Source: Squalus acanthias
Lineage: Eukaryota
Assembly: GCA_030390025.1 (NCBI GenBank)
Contig: CM059432.1
Span: 110,548,001-110,612,000 of the forward strand
Reading direction: 5' to 3'
DNA: 64,000 nt
Position 1 is the stretch's first letter. Each line of letters starts with the position of its first letter. The notes beneath the pieces were generated by a model. It did not search any database. It was not told the origin of the DNA and worked only from the letters and a program-made list of their open reading frames with translations. Positions 49,401-61,400 of the stretch are shown here, piece after piece. Both the position numbers and the translations under genes were made by a program.

Positions 49401-52400
49401 TCCCCCTCCGATCTCCTGACCTTCTCCCCTCTGATCTCCTGACCTTCTCCCCCTCCGATCTCCTGACCTTCTCCCTCTCTGATTTCCTGACCTTCTCCCT
49501 CTCCGATCTCCTGACCTTCTCCCCTCAGATCTCCTGACCTTCTCCCCTTCTGATCTCCTGACCTTCTCTCTTCCGATCACCTGCCCTTCTCCCCATTCCA
49601 GCTCCTGACCTTCTCCCCAAAGTCCGATCTCCTGAACATCTCCCCTCTGATCTCCTGACCTTCTCCCCCCACCACCCCGATCTCCTGACCTTCTCCCTCT
49701 CCGATCTCCTGACCTTCTCCACCCTGATCTGACCTTCTCCCTCTCCGAACTCCTGACCTTCTCCCTCTCCGATCTCCTGACCTTCTCCCCCCGATCTCCT
49801 GACCTTCTCCCCTCCGATCTCCTGACCTTCTCACCACTGATCTCCTGACCTTCTCCCTCTCCGATCTCCTGACCTTCTGCCCTCCGATCTCCTGACCTTC
49901 TCCCCCCCGATCTCCTGACCTTCTCACCACTGATCTCCTGACCTTCTCCCTCTCCGATCTCCTGACCTTCTCCCTCTCCGATCTCCTGACCTTCTCCCTT
50001 TCCGATCTCCTGACCTTTTCCCCCTCCGATCTCCTGACCTTCACCCCCCCCGATCTCCTGACCTCCCCTCCGATCTCCTGACCTTCTCCCTCTCCGATCT
50101 CCTGACCTTCTCCCTCTCCGATCTCCTGACCTTCTCCCTCTCCGATCTCCTGACCTTCTCCCTCTCCGATCTCCTGACCTTCTCCCTCTCCGATCTCCTG
50201 ACCTTCTCCCTCTCCGATCTCCTGACCTTCTCCCTCTCCGATCTCCTGACCTTCTCCCTCTCAGAACTCCTGACCTTCTCCCTCTCCGATCTCCTGACCT
50301 TCTCCCCCCTGGATCGCCTGACCTTCTCTCCACTGATCTCCTGACCTTCTCCCTCTCCGATCACCTGACCTTCTCCACCCCCCGATCTCCTGACCTTCTC
50401 CCTCTCCGATCTCTTGACCTTCTCCCCTCCGATCTCCTGACCTTCTCCCCCTCCGATCTCCTGACCTTCTCCCTCTCCGATCTCCTGACCTTCTCCCTCT
50501 CCGATTTCCTGACCTTCTCCCTCTTCGATCTCCTGACCATCTCCCTCTCCGATCTCCTGACCATCTCCCTCTCCGATCTCCTGACCTTCCCCCTCTGATC
50601 TCCTGACCTTCCTCCTCCGATCTCCTGACATTCTCTCCACTGATCTCCTGACCTTCTCCCTCTCCGATCACCTGACCTTCTCCACACCCCGATCTCCTGA
50701 CCTTCTTCCTCTCCGATCTCTTGACCTCCCTCTCCGATCACCTGACCTTCTCCCCCCTGATCTGACCTTCTCCCCTCCGATCTCCTGACCTTCTCCCCTT
50801 CCCTTCTCTCTTCTGATTACCTGCCCTTCTCCCCATCCCAACTCCTGACCTTCTCCCCAAAGTCCGATCTCCTGATCATCTCCCCCCTCCGATTTCCTGA
50901 ACTTCTCCCCTCTGATCTCCTGACCTTCTCCCCCCCCCGATCTCCTGACCTTCTCCCCCCCGATCTCCTGATCTTCTCCCTCTCCGATCTCCTGGCCTTC
51001 TCCCTCTCCGAACTCCTGACCTTCTCCCTCTCTGATCTCCTGACCTTCTCCCCCCTGATCTCCTGACCTTCTCCCCTCCGATCTCCTGACCTTCTCACCA
51101 CTGATCTCCTGACCTTCTCCCTCTCCGATCTCCTGACCTTCTTCCCTCCGATCTCCTGACCTTCTCTCGACTGATCTCCTGACCTTCTCCCTCTCCGATC
51201 TCCTGACCTTCTCCCTCTCCGATCTCCTGACCTTCTCCCTCTCCGATCTCCTGACCTGCTCCCTCTCCGATCTCCTGACCTTCTCCCTCTCTGATCTCCT
51301 GACCTTCTCCCTCTCCGATCTCCTGACCTTCTCCCTCTCCGATCTCCTGACCTTCTCCCTCTCCGAACTCCTGACCTTCTCCCTCTCCGATCTCCTGACC
51401 TTCTCCCCCCTGATCGCCTGACCTTCTCTCCACTGATCTCCTGACCTTCTCCCTCTCCGATCTCTTGACCTTCTCCCCTCCGATCTCCTGACCTTCTCCC
51501 CCTCCGATCTCCTGACCTTCTCCCTCTCCGATCTCCTGACCTTCTCCCTCTCCGATCTCCTGACCTTCTCCCTCTCCGATCTCCTGACCATCTCCCTCTC
51601 CGATCTCCTGACCATCTCCCTCTCCGATCTCCTGACCTTCCCCCTCTGATCTCCTGACCTTCCCCCTCCGATCTCCTGACATTCTCTCCACTGATCTCCT
51701 GACCTTCTCCCTCTCCGATCACCTGACCTTCTCCACCCCCCGATCTCCTGACCTTCTTCCTCTCCGATCTCTTGACCTTCTCCCTCTCCGATCACCTGAC
51801 CTTCTCCCCCCTGATCTGACCTTCTCCCCTCCGATCTCCTGACCTTCTCCCCTTCCCTTCTCTCTTCTGATTACCTGCCCTTCTCCCCATCCCAACTCCT
51901 GACCTTCTCCCCAAAGTCCGATCTCCTGAACATCTCCCCCCTCCGATTTCCTGAGCTTCTCCCCTCTGATCTCCTGACCTTCTCCCTCTCCGATCTCCTG
52001 ACCTTCTACCCCCTGATCGCTTGACCTTCTCTCCACTGATCTCCTGACCTTCTCCCTCTCCGATCACCTGACCTTCTCCACCCCCCGATCTCCTGACCTT
52101 CTCCCCCTCCGATCTCCTGACTTCTCCCTCTCCGATCACCTGACCTTCTCCCTGCTGATCTCCTGACCTTCTCCCCCTCCGATCTCCTGACCTTCTCCCT
52201 CTCCGATCACCTGACCTTCTCCCCCCTGATCTCCTGACCTTCTCCCCTCCGATCTCCTGACCTTCTCTCCACTGCTCTCCTGACCTTCTCCCTCTCCGAT
52301 CTCCTGACCTTCTCCCCTCCGATCTCCTGACCTTCTCCCTCTCCGATCTCCTGACCTTCTCCCTCTCCGATCTCCTGACCTTCTCCTTCTCCGATCTCCT

Positions 52401-55400
52401 GACCTTCTCCCTCTCCGATCTCCTGACCTTCTCCCTCTCCGATCTCCTGACCTTCTCCCTCTCCGATCTCTTGACCTTCTCCCCTCCGATCTCCTGACCT
52501 TCTCCCCCTCCGATCTCCTGACTTTCTCCCTCTCCGATCTCCTGACCTTCTCCCCCCCCGATCTCCTGACCTTCTCCCCCCCGATCTCCTGATCTTCTCC
52601 CTCTCCGATCTCCTGGCCTTCTCCCTCTCCGAACTCCTGACCTTCTCCCTCTCTGATCTCCTGACCTTCTCCCCCCTGATCTCCTGACCTTCTCCCCTCC
52701 GATCTCCTGACCTTCTCACCACTGATCTCCTGACCTTCTCCCTCTCCGATCTCCTGACCTTCTTCCCTCCGATCTCCTGACCTTCTCTCGACTGATCTCC
52801 TGACCTTCTCCCTCTCCGATCTCCTGACCTTCTCCCTCTCCGATCTCCTGACCTTCTCCCTCTCCGATCTCCTGACCTTCTCCCTCTCTGATCTCCTGAC
52901 CTTCTCCCTCTCCGATCTCCTGACCTTCTCCCTCTCCGATCTCCTGACCTTCTCCCTCTCCGAACTCCTGACCTTCTCCCTCTCCGATCTCCTGACCTTC
53001 TCCCCCCTGATCGCCTGACCTTCTCTCCACTGATCTCCTGACCTTCTCCCTCTCCGATCTCTTGACCTTCTCCCCTCCGATCTCCTGACCTTCTCCCCCT
53101 CCGATCTCCTGACCTTCTCCCTCTCCGATCTCCTGACCTTCTCCCTCTCCGATCTCCTGACCTTCTCCCTCTCCGATCTCCTGACCATCTCCCTCTCCGA
53201 TCTCCTGACCATCTCCCTCTCCGATCTCCTGACCTTCCCCCTCTGATCTCCTGACCTTCCCCCTCCGATCTCCTGACATTCTCTCCACTGATCTCCTGAC
53301 CTCCTCCCTCTCCGATCACCTGACCTTCTCCACCCCCCGATCTCCTGACCTTCTTCCTCTCCGATCTCTTGACCTTCTCCCTCTCCGATCACCTGACCTT
53401 CTCCCCCCTGATCTGACCTTCTCCCCTCCGATCTCCTGACCTTCTCCCCTTCCCTTCTCTCTTCTGATTACCTGCCCTTCTCCCCATCCCAACTCCTGAC
53501 CTTCTCCCCAAAGTCCGATCTCCTGAACATCTCCCCCCTCCGATTTCCTGAGCTTCTCCCCTCTGATCTCCTGACCTTCTCCCCCCCGATCTCCTGACCT
53601 TCTCCCCCCCCGATCTCCTGACCTTCTCCCTCTCCGATCTCCTGACCTTCTACCCCCTGATCGCCTGACCTTCTCTCCACTGATCTCCTGACCTTCTCCC
53701 TCTCCGATCACCTGACCTTCTCCACCCCCCGATCTCCTGACCTTCTCCCCCTCCGATCTCCTGACTTCTCCCTCTCCGATCACCTGACCTTCTCCCCGCT
53801 GATCTCCTGACCTTCCCACCTCCGATCTCCTGACCTTCACTCCACTGATCTCCTGACCTTCTCCCCCTTCGATCTCCTGACCTTCTCTCCACTGATCTCC
53901 TGACCTTCTCCCCCTCCGATCTCCTGACCTTCTCCCTCTCCGATCACCTGACCTTCTCCCCTCCGATCTCCTGACCTTCTCACCACTGATCTCCTGACCT
54001 TCTCCCTCTCCGATCTCCTGACCTTCTTCCCTCCGATCTCCTGACCTTCTCTCGACTGATCTCCTGACCTTCTCCCTCTCCGATCTCCTGACCTTCTCCC
54101 TCTCCGATCTCCTGACCTTCTCCCTCTCCGATCTCCTGACCTGCTCCCTCTCCGATCTCCTGACCTTCTCCCTCTCTGATCTCCTGACCTTCTCCCTCTC
54201 CGATCTCCTGACCTTCTCCCTCTCCGATCTCCTGACCTTCTCCCTCTCCGAACTCCTGACCTTCTCCCTCTCCGATCTCCTGACCTTCTCCCCCCTGATC
54301 GCCTGACCTTCTCTCTACTGATCTCCTGACCTTCTCCCTCTCCGATCTCCTGACCTTCTCCCTCTCCGATCTCCTGACCTTCTCCCTCTCCGATCTCCTG
54401 ACCATCTCCCTCTCCGATCTCCTGACCATCTCCCTCTCCGATCTCCTGACCTTCCCCCTCTGATCTCCTGACCTTCCCCCTCCGATCTCCTGACATTCTC
54501 TCCACTGATCTCCTGACCTTCTCCCTCTCCGATCACCTGACCTTCTCCACCCCCCGATCTCCTGACCTTCTTCCTCTCCGATCTCTTGACCTTCTCCCTC
54601 TCCGATCACCTGACCTTCTCCCCCCTGATCTGACCTTCTCCCCTCCGATCTCCTGACCTTCTCCCCTTCCCTTCTCTCTTCTGATTACCTGCCCTTCTCC
54701 CCATCCCAACTCCTGACCTTCTCCCCAAAGTCCGATCTCCTGAACATCTCCCCCCTCCGATTTCCTGAGCTTCTCCCCTCTGATCTCCTGACCTTCTCCC
54801 CCCCGATCTCCTGACCTTCTCCCCCCCCGATCTCCTGACCTTCTCCCTCTCCGATCTCCTGACCTTCTACCCCCTGATCGCTTGACCTTCTCTCCACTGA
54901 TCTCCTGACCTTCTCCCTCTCCGATCACCTGACCTTCCCCAACACCCGATCTCCTGACCTTCTCCCCCTCCGATCTCCTGACTTCTCCCTCTCCGATCAC
55001 CTGACCTTCTCCCTGCTGATCTCCTGACCTTCTCCCCCTCCGATCTCCTGACCTTCTCCCTCTCCGATCACCTGACCTTCTCCCCCCTGATCTCCTGACC
55101 TTCTCCCCTCCGATCTCCTGACCTTCTCTCCACTGCTCTCCTGACCTTCTCCCTCTCCGATCTCCTGACCTTCTCCCCTCCGATCTCCTGACCTTCTCCC
55201 TCTCCGATCTCCTGACCTTCTCCCTCTCCGATCTCCTGACCTTCTCCTTCTCCGATCTCCTGACCTTCTCCCTCTCCGATCTCCTGACCTTCTCCCTCTC
55301 CGATCTCCTGACCTTCTCCCTCTCCGATCTCTTGACCTTCTCCCCTCCGATCTCCTGACCTTCTCCCCCTCCGATCTCCTGACTTTCTCCCTCTCCGATC

Positions 55401-58400
55401 TCCTGACCTTCTCCCCCCCCGATCTCCTGACCTTCTCCCCCCCGATCTCCTGATCTTCTCCCTCTCCGATCTCCTGGCCTTCTCCCTCTCCGAACTCCTG
55501 ACCTTCTCCCTCTCTGATCTCCTGACCTTCTCCCCCCTGATCTCCTGACCTTCTCCCCTCCGATCTCCTGACCTTCTCACCACTGATCTCCTGACCTTCT
55601 CCCTCTCCGATCTCCTGACCTTCTTCCCTCCGATCTCCTGACCTTCTCTCGACTGATCTCCTGACCTTCTCCCTCTCCGATCTCCTGACCTTCTCCCTCT
55701 CCGATCTCCTGACCTTCTCCCTCTCCGATCTCCTGACCTTCTCCCTCTCCGATCTCCTGACCTTCTCCCTCTCTGATCTCCTGACCTTCTCCCTCTCCGA
55801 TCTCCTGACCTTCTCCCTCTCCGATCTCCTGACCTTCTCCCTCTCCGAACTCCTGACCTTCTCCCTCTCCGATCTCCTGACCTTCTCCCCCCTGATCGCC
55901 TGACCTTCTCTCCACTGATCTCCTGACCTTCTCCCTCTCCGATCTCTTGACCTTCTCCCCTCCGATCTCCTGACCTTCTCCCCCTCCGATCTCCTGACCT
56001 TCTCCCTCTCCGATCTCCTGACCTTCTCCCTCTCCGATCTCCTGACCTTCTCCCTCTCCGATCTCCTGACCATCTCCCTCTCCGATCTCCTGACCATCTC
56101 CCTCTCCGATCTCCTGACCTTCCCCCTCTGATCTCCTGACCTTCCCCCTCCGATCTCCTGACATTCTCTCCACTGATCTCCTGACCTCCTCCCTCTCCGA
56201 TCACCTGACCTTCTCCACCCCCCGATCTCCTGACCTTCTTCCTCTCCGATCTCTTGACCTTCTCCCTCTCCGATCACCTGACCTTCTCCCCCCTGATCTG
56301 ACCTTCTCCCCTCCGATCTCCTGACCTTCTCCCCTTCCCTTCTCTCTTCTGATTACCTGCCCTTCTCCCCATCCCAACTCCTGACCTTCTCCCCAAAGTC
56401 CGATCTCCTGAACATCTCCCCCCTCCGATTTCCTGAGCTTCTCCCCTCTGATCTCCTGACCTTCTCCCCCCCGATCTCCTGACCTTCTCCCCCCCGATCT
56501 CCTGACCTTCTCCCTCTCCGATCTCCTGACCTTCTACCCCCTGATCGCCTGACCTTCTCTCCACTGATCTCCTGACCTTCTCCCTCTCCGATCACCTGAC
56601 CTTCTCCACCCCCCGATCTCCTGACCTTCTCCCCCTCCGATCTCCTGACTTCTCCCTCTCCGATCACCTGACCTTCTCCCCGCTGATCTCCTGACCTTCC
56701 CACCTCCGATCTCCTGACCTTCACTCCACTGATCTCCTGACCTTCTCCCCCTTCGATCTCCTGACCTTCTCTCCACTGATCTCCTGACCTTCTCCCCCTC
56801 CGATCTCCTGACCTTCTCCCTCTCCGATCACCTGACCTTCTCCCCCCTGATCTCCTGACCTTCTCCCCTCCGATCTCCTGACCTTCTCTCCACTGCTCTC
56901 CTGACCTTCTCCCTCTCCGATCTCCTGACCTTCTCCCCTCCGATCTCCTGACCTTCTCCCTCTCCGATCTCCTGACCTTCTCCCTCTCCGATCTCCTGAC
57001 CTTCTCCCTCTCCGATCTCCTGACCTTCTCCCTCTCCGATCTCCTGACCTTCTCCCTCTCCGATCTCTTGACCTTCTCCCCTCCGATCTCCTGACCTTCT
57101 CCCCCTCCGATCTCCTGACCTTCTCCCTCTCCGATCTCCTGACCTTCTCCCTCTCCGATCTCCTGACCTTCTCCCTCTCCGATCTCCTGACCATCTCCCT
57201 CTCCGATCTCCTGACCATCTCCCTCTCCGATCTCCTGACCTTCCCCCTCTGATCTCCTGACCTTCCCCCACCGATCTCCTGACATTCTCTCCACCGATCT
57301 CCTGACCTTCTCCCTCTCCGATCACCTGACCTTCTCCACCCCCCGATCTCCTGACCTTCTTCCTCTCCGATCTCTTGACCTTCTCCCTCTCCGATCACCT
57401 GACCTTCTCCCCCCTGATCTGACCTTCTCCCCTCCGATCTCCTGACCTTCTCCCCTTCCCTTCTCTCTTCTGATTACCTGCCCTTCTCCCCATCCCAACT
57501 CCTGACCTTCTCCCCAAAGTCCGATCTCCTGAACATCTCCCCACTCCGATTTCCTGAGCTTCTCCCCTCTGATCTCCTGACCTTCTCCCTCTCCGATCTC
57601 CTGACCTTCTCCCTCTCCGATCTCCTGACCTTCTCCCTCTCCGATCGCCTGACCTTCTCCCTCTCCGATCTCCTGACCTTCTCCCTCTCCGATCTCCTGA
57701 CCTTCTCCCTCTCTGATTTCCTGACCTTCTCCCTCTCCGATCTCCTGACCTTCTCCCCTCTGATCTCCTGACCTTCTCCCCTTCTGATCTCCTGACCTTC
57801 TCTCTTCCGATCACCTGCCCTTCTCCCCATTCCAGCTCCTGACCTTCTCCCCAAAGTCCGATCTCCTGAACATCTCCCCTCTGATCTCCTGACCTTCTCC
57901 CCCCACCACCCCGATCTCCTGACCTTCTCCCTCTCCGATCTCCTGACCTTCTCCACCCTGATCTGACCTTCTCCCTCTCCGAACTCCTGACCTTCTCCCT
58001 CTCCGATCTCCTGACCTTCTCCCCCCGATCTCCTGACCTTCTCCCCTCCGATCTCCTGACCTTCTCACCACTGATCTCCTGACCTTCTCCCTCTCCGATC
58101 TCCTGACCTTCTGCCCTCCGATCTCCTGACCTTCTCCCCCCCGATCTCCTGACCTTCTCACCACTGATCTCCTGACCTTCTCCCTCTCCGATCTCCTGAC
58201 CTTCTCCCTCTCCGATCTCCTGACCTTCTCCCTTTCCGATCTCCTGACCTTCTCCCCCTCCGATCTCCTGACCTTCACCCCCCCCGATCTCCTGACCTCC
58301 CCTCCGATCTCCTGACCTTCTCCCTCTCCGATCTCCTGACCTTCTCCCTCTCCGATCTCCTGACCTTCTCCCTCTCCGATCTCCTGACCTTCTCCCTCTC

Positions 58401-61400
58401 CGATCTCCTGACCTTCTCCCTCTCCGATCTCCTGACCTTCTCCCTCTCCGATCTCCTGACCTTCTCCCTCTCCGATCTCCTGACCTTCTCCCTCTCAGAA
58501 CTCCTGACCTTCTCCCTCTCCGATCTCCTGACCTTCTCCCCCCTGGATCGCCTGACCTTCTCTCCACTGATCTCCTGACCTTCTCCCTCTCCGATCACCT
58601 GACCTTCTCCACCCCCCGATCTCCTGACCTTCTCCCTCTCCGATCTCTTGACCTTCTCCCCTCCGATCTCCTGACCTTCTCCCCCTCCGATCTCCTGACC
58701 TTCTCCCTCTCCGATCTCCTGACCTTCTCCCTCTCCGATTTCCTGACCTTCTCCCTCTTCGATCTCCTGACCATCTCCCTCTCCGATCTCCTGACCATCT
58801 CCCTCTCCGATCTCCTGACCTTCCCCCTCTGATCTCCTGACCTTCCTCCTCCGATCTCCTGACATTCTCTCCACTGATCTCCTGACCTTCTCCCTCTCCG
58901 ATCACCTGACCTTCTCCACCCCCCGATCTCCTGACCTTCTTCCTCTCCGATCTCTTGACCTCCTTCTCCGATCACCTGACCTTCTCCCCCCTGATCTGAC
59001 CTTCTCCCCTCCGATCTCCTGACCTTCTCCCCTTCCCTTCTCTCTTCTGATTACCTGCCCTTCTCCCCATCCCAACTCCTGACCTTCTCCCCAAAGTCCG
59101 ATCTCCTGAACATCTCCCCCCTCCGATTTCCTGAACTTCTCCCCTCTGATCTCCTGACCTTCTCCCCCCCCGATCTCCTGACCTTCTCCCCCCCGATCTC
59201 CTGATCTTCTCCCTCTCCGATCTCCTGGCCTTCTCCCTCTCCGAACTCCTGACCTTCTCCCTCTCTGATCTCCTGACCTTCTCCCCCCTGATCTCCTGAC
59301 CTTCTCCCCTCCGATCTCCTGACCTTCTCACCACTGATCTCCTGACCTTCTCCCTCTCCGATCTCCTGACCTTCTTCCCTCCGATCTCCTGACCTTCTCT
59401 CGACTGATCTCCTGACCTTCTCCCTCTCCGATCTCCTGACCTTCTCCCTCTCCGATCTCCTGACCTTCTCCCTCTCCGATCGCCTGACCTTCTCCCTCTC
59501 TGATCTCCTGACCTTCTCCCTCTCCGATCTCCTGACCTTCTCCCTCTCCGATCTCCTGACCTTCTCCCTCTCCGAACTCCTGACCTTCTCCCTCTCCGAT
59601 CTCCTGACCTTCTCCCCCCTGATCGCCTGACCTTCTCTCCACTGATCTCCTGACCTTCTCCCTCTCCGATCTCTTGACCTTCTCCCCTCCGATCTCCTGA
59701 CCTTCTCCCCCTCCGATCTCCTGACCTTCTCCCTCTCCGATCTCCTGACCTTCTCCCTCTCCGATCTCCTGACCTTCTCCCTCTCCGATCTCCTGACCAT
59801 CTCCCTCTCCGATCTCCTGACCATCTCCCTCTCCGATCTCCTGACCTTCCCCCTCTGATCTCCTGACCTTCCCCCTCCGATCTCCTGACATTCTCTCCAC
59901 TGATCTCCTGACCTCCTCCCTCTCCGATCACCTGACCTTCTCCACCCCCCGATCTCCTGACCTTCTTCCTCTCCGATCTCTTGACCTTCTCCCTCTCCGA
60001 TCACCTGACCTTCTCCCCCCTGATCTGACCTTCTCCCCTCCGATCTCCTGACCTTCTCCCCTTCCCTTCTCTCTTCTGATTACCTGCCCTTCTCCCCATC
60101 CCAACTCCTGACCTTCTCCCCAAAGTCCGATCTCCTGAACATCTCCGCCCTCTGATTTCCTGAGCTTCTCCCCTCTGATCTCCTGACCTTCTCCCCCCCG
60201 ATCTCCTGACCTTCTCCCCCCCCGATCTCCTGACCTTCTCCCTCTCCGATCTCCTGACCTTCTACCCACTGATCGCCTGACCTTCTCTCCACTGATCTCC
60301 TGACCTTCTCCCTCTCCGATCACCTGACCTTCCCCACCCCCCGATCTCCTGACCTTCTCCCCCTCCGATCTCCTGACTTCTCCCTCTCCGATCACCTGAC
60401 CTTCTCCCCGCTGATCTCCTGACCTTCTCCCCCTCCGATCTCCTGACCTTCTCCCTCTCCGATCACCTGACCTTCTCCCCCCTGATCTCCTGACCTTCTC
60501 CCCTCCGATCTCCTGACCTTCTCTCCACTGCTCTCCTGACCTTCTCCCTCTCCGATCTCCTGACCTTCTCCCCTCCGATCTCCTGACCTTCTCCCTCTCC
60601 GATCTCCTGACCTTCTCCCTCTCCGATCTCCTGACCTTCTCCCTCTCCGATCTCCTGACCTTCTCCCTCTCCGATCTCCTGACCTTCTCCCTCTCCGATC
60701 TCCTGACCTTCTCCCTCTCCGATCTCTTGACCTTCTCCCCTCCGATCTCCTGACCTTCTCCCCCTCCGATCTCCTGACCTTCTCCCTCTCCGATCTCCTG
60801 ACCTTCTCCCCCCCCGATCTCCTGACCTTCTCCCCCCCGATCTCCTGATCTTCTCCCTCTCCGATCTCCTGGCCTTCTCCCTCTCCGAACTCCTGACCTT
60901 CTCCCTCTCTGATCTCCTGACCTTCTCCCCCCGATCTCCTGACCTTCTCCCCTCCGATCTCCTGACCTTCTCACCACTGATCTCCTGACCTTCTCCCTCT
61001 CCGATCTCCTGACCTTCTTCCCTCCGATCTCCTGACCTTCTCTCGACTGATCTCCTGACCTTCTCCCTCTCCGATCTCCTGACCTTCTCCCTCTCCGATC
61101 TCCTGACCTTCTCCCTCTCCGATCTCCTGACCTTCTCCCTCTCCGATCTCCTGACCTTCTCCCTCTCTGATCTCCTGACCTTCTCCCTCTCCGATCTCCT
61201 GACCTTCTCCCTCTCCGATCTCCTGACCTTCTACCTCTCCGAACTCCTGACCTTCTCCCTCTCCGATCTCCTGACCTTCTCCCCCCTGATCGCCTGACCT
61301 TCTCTCCACTGATCTCCTGACCTTCTCCCTCTCCGATCTCTTGACCTTCTCCCCTCCGATCTCCTGACCTTCTCCCCCTCCGATCTCCTGACCTTCTCCC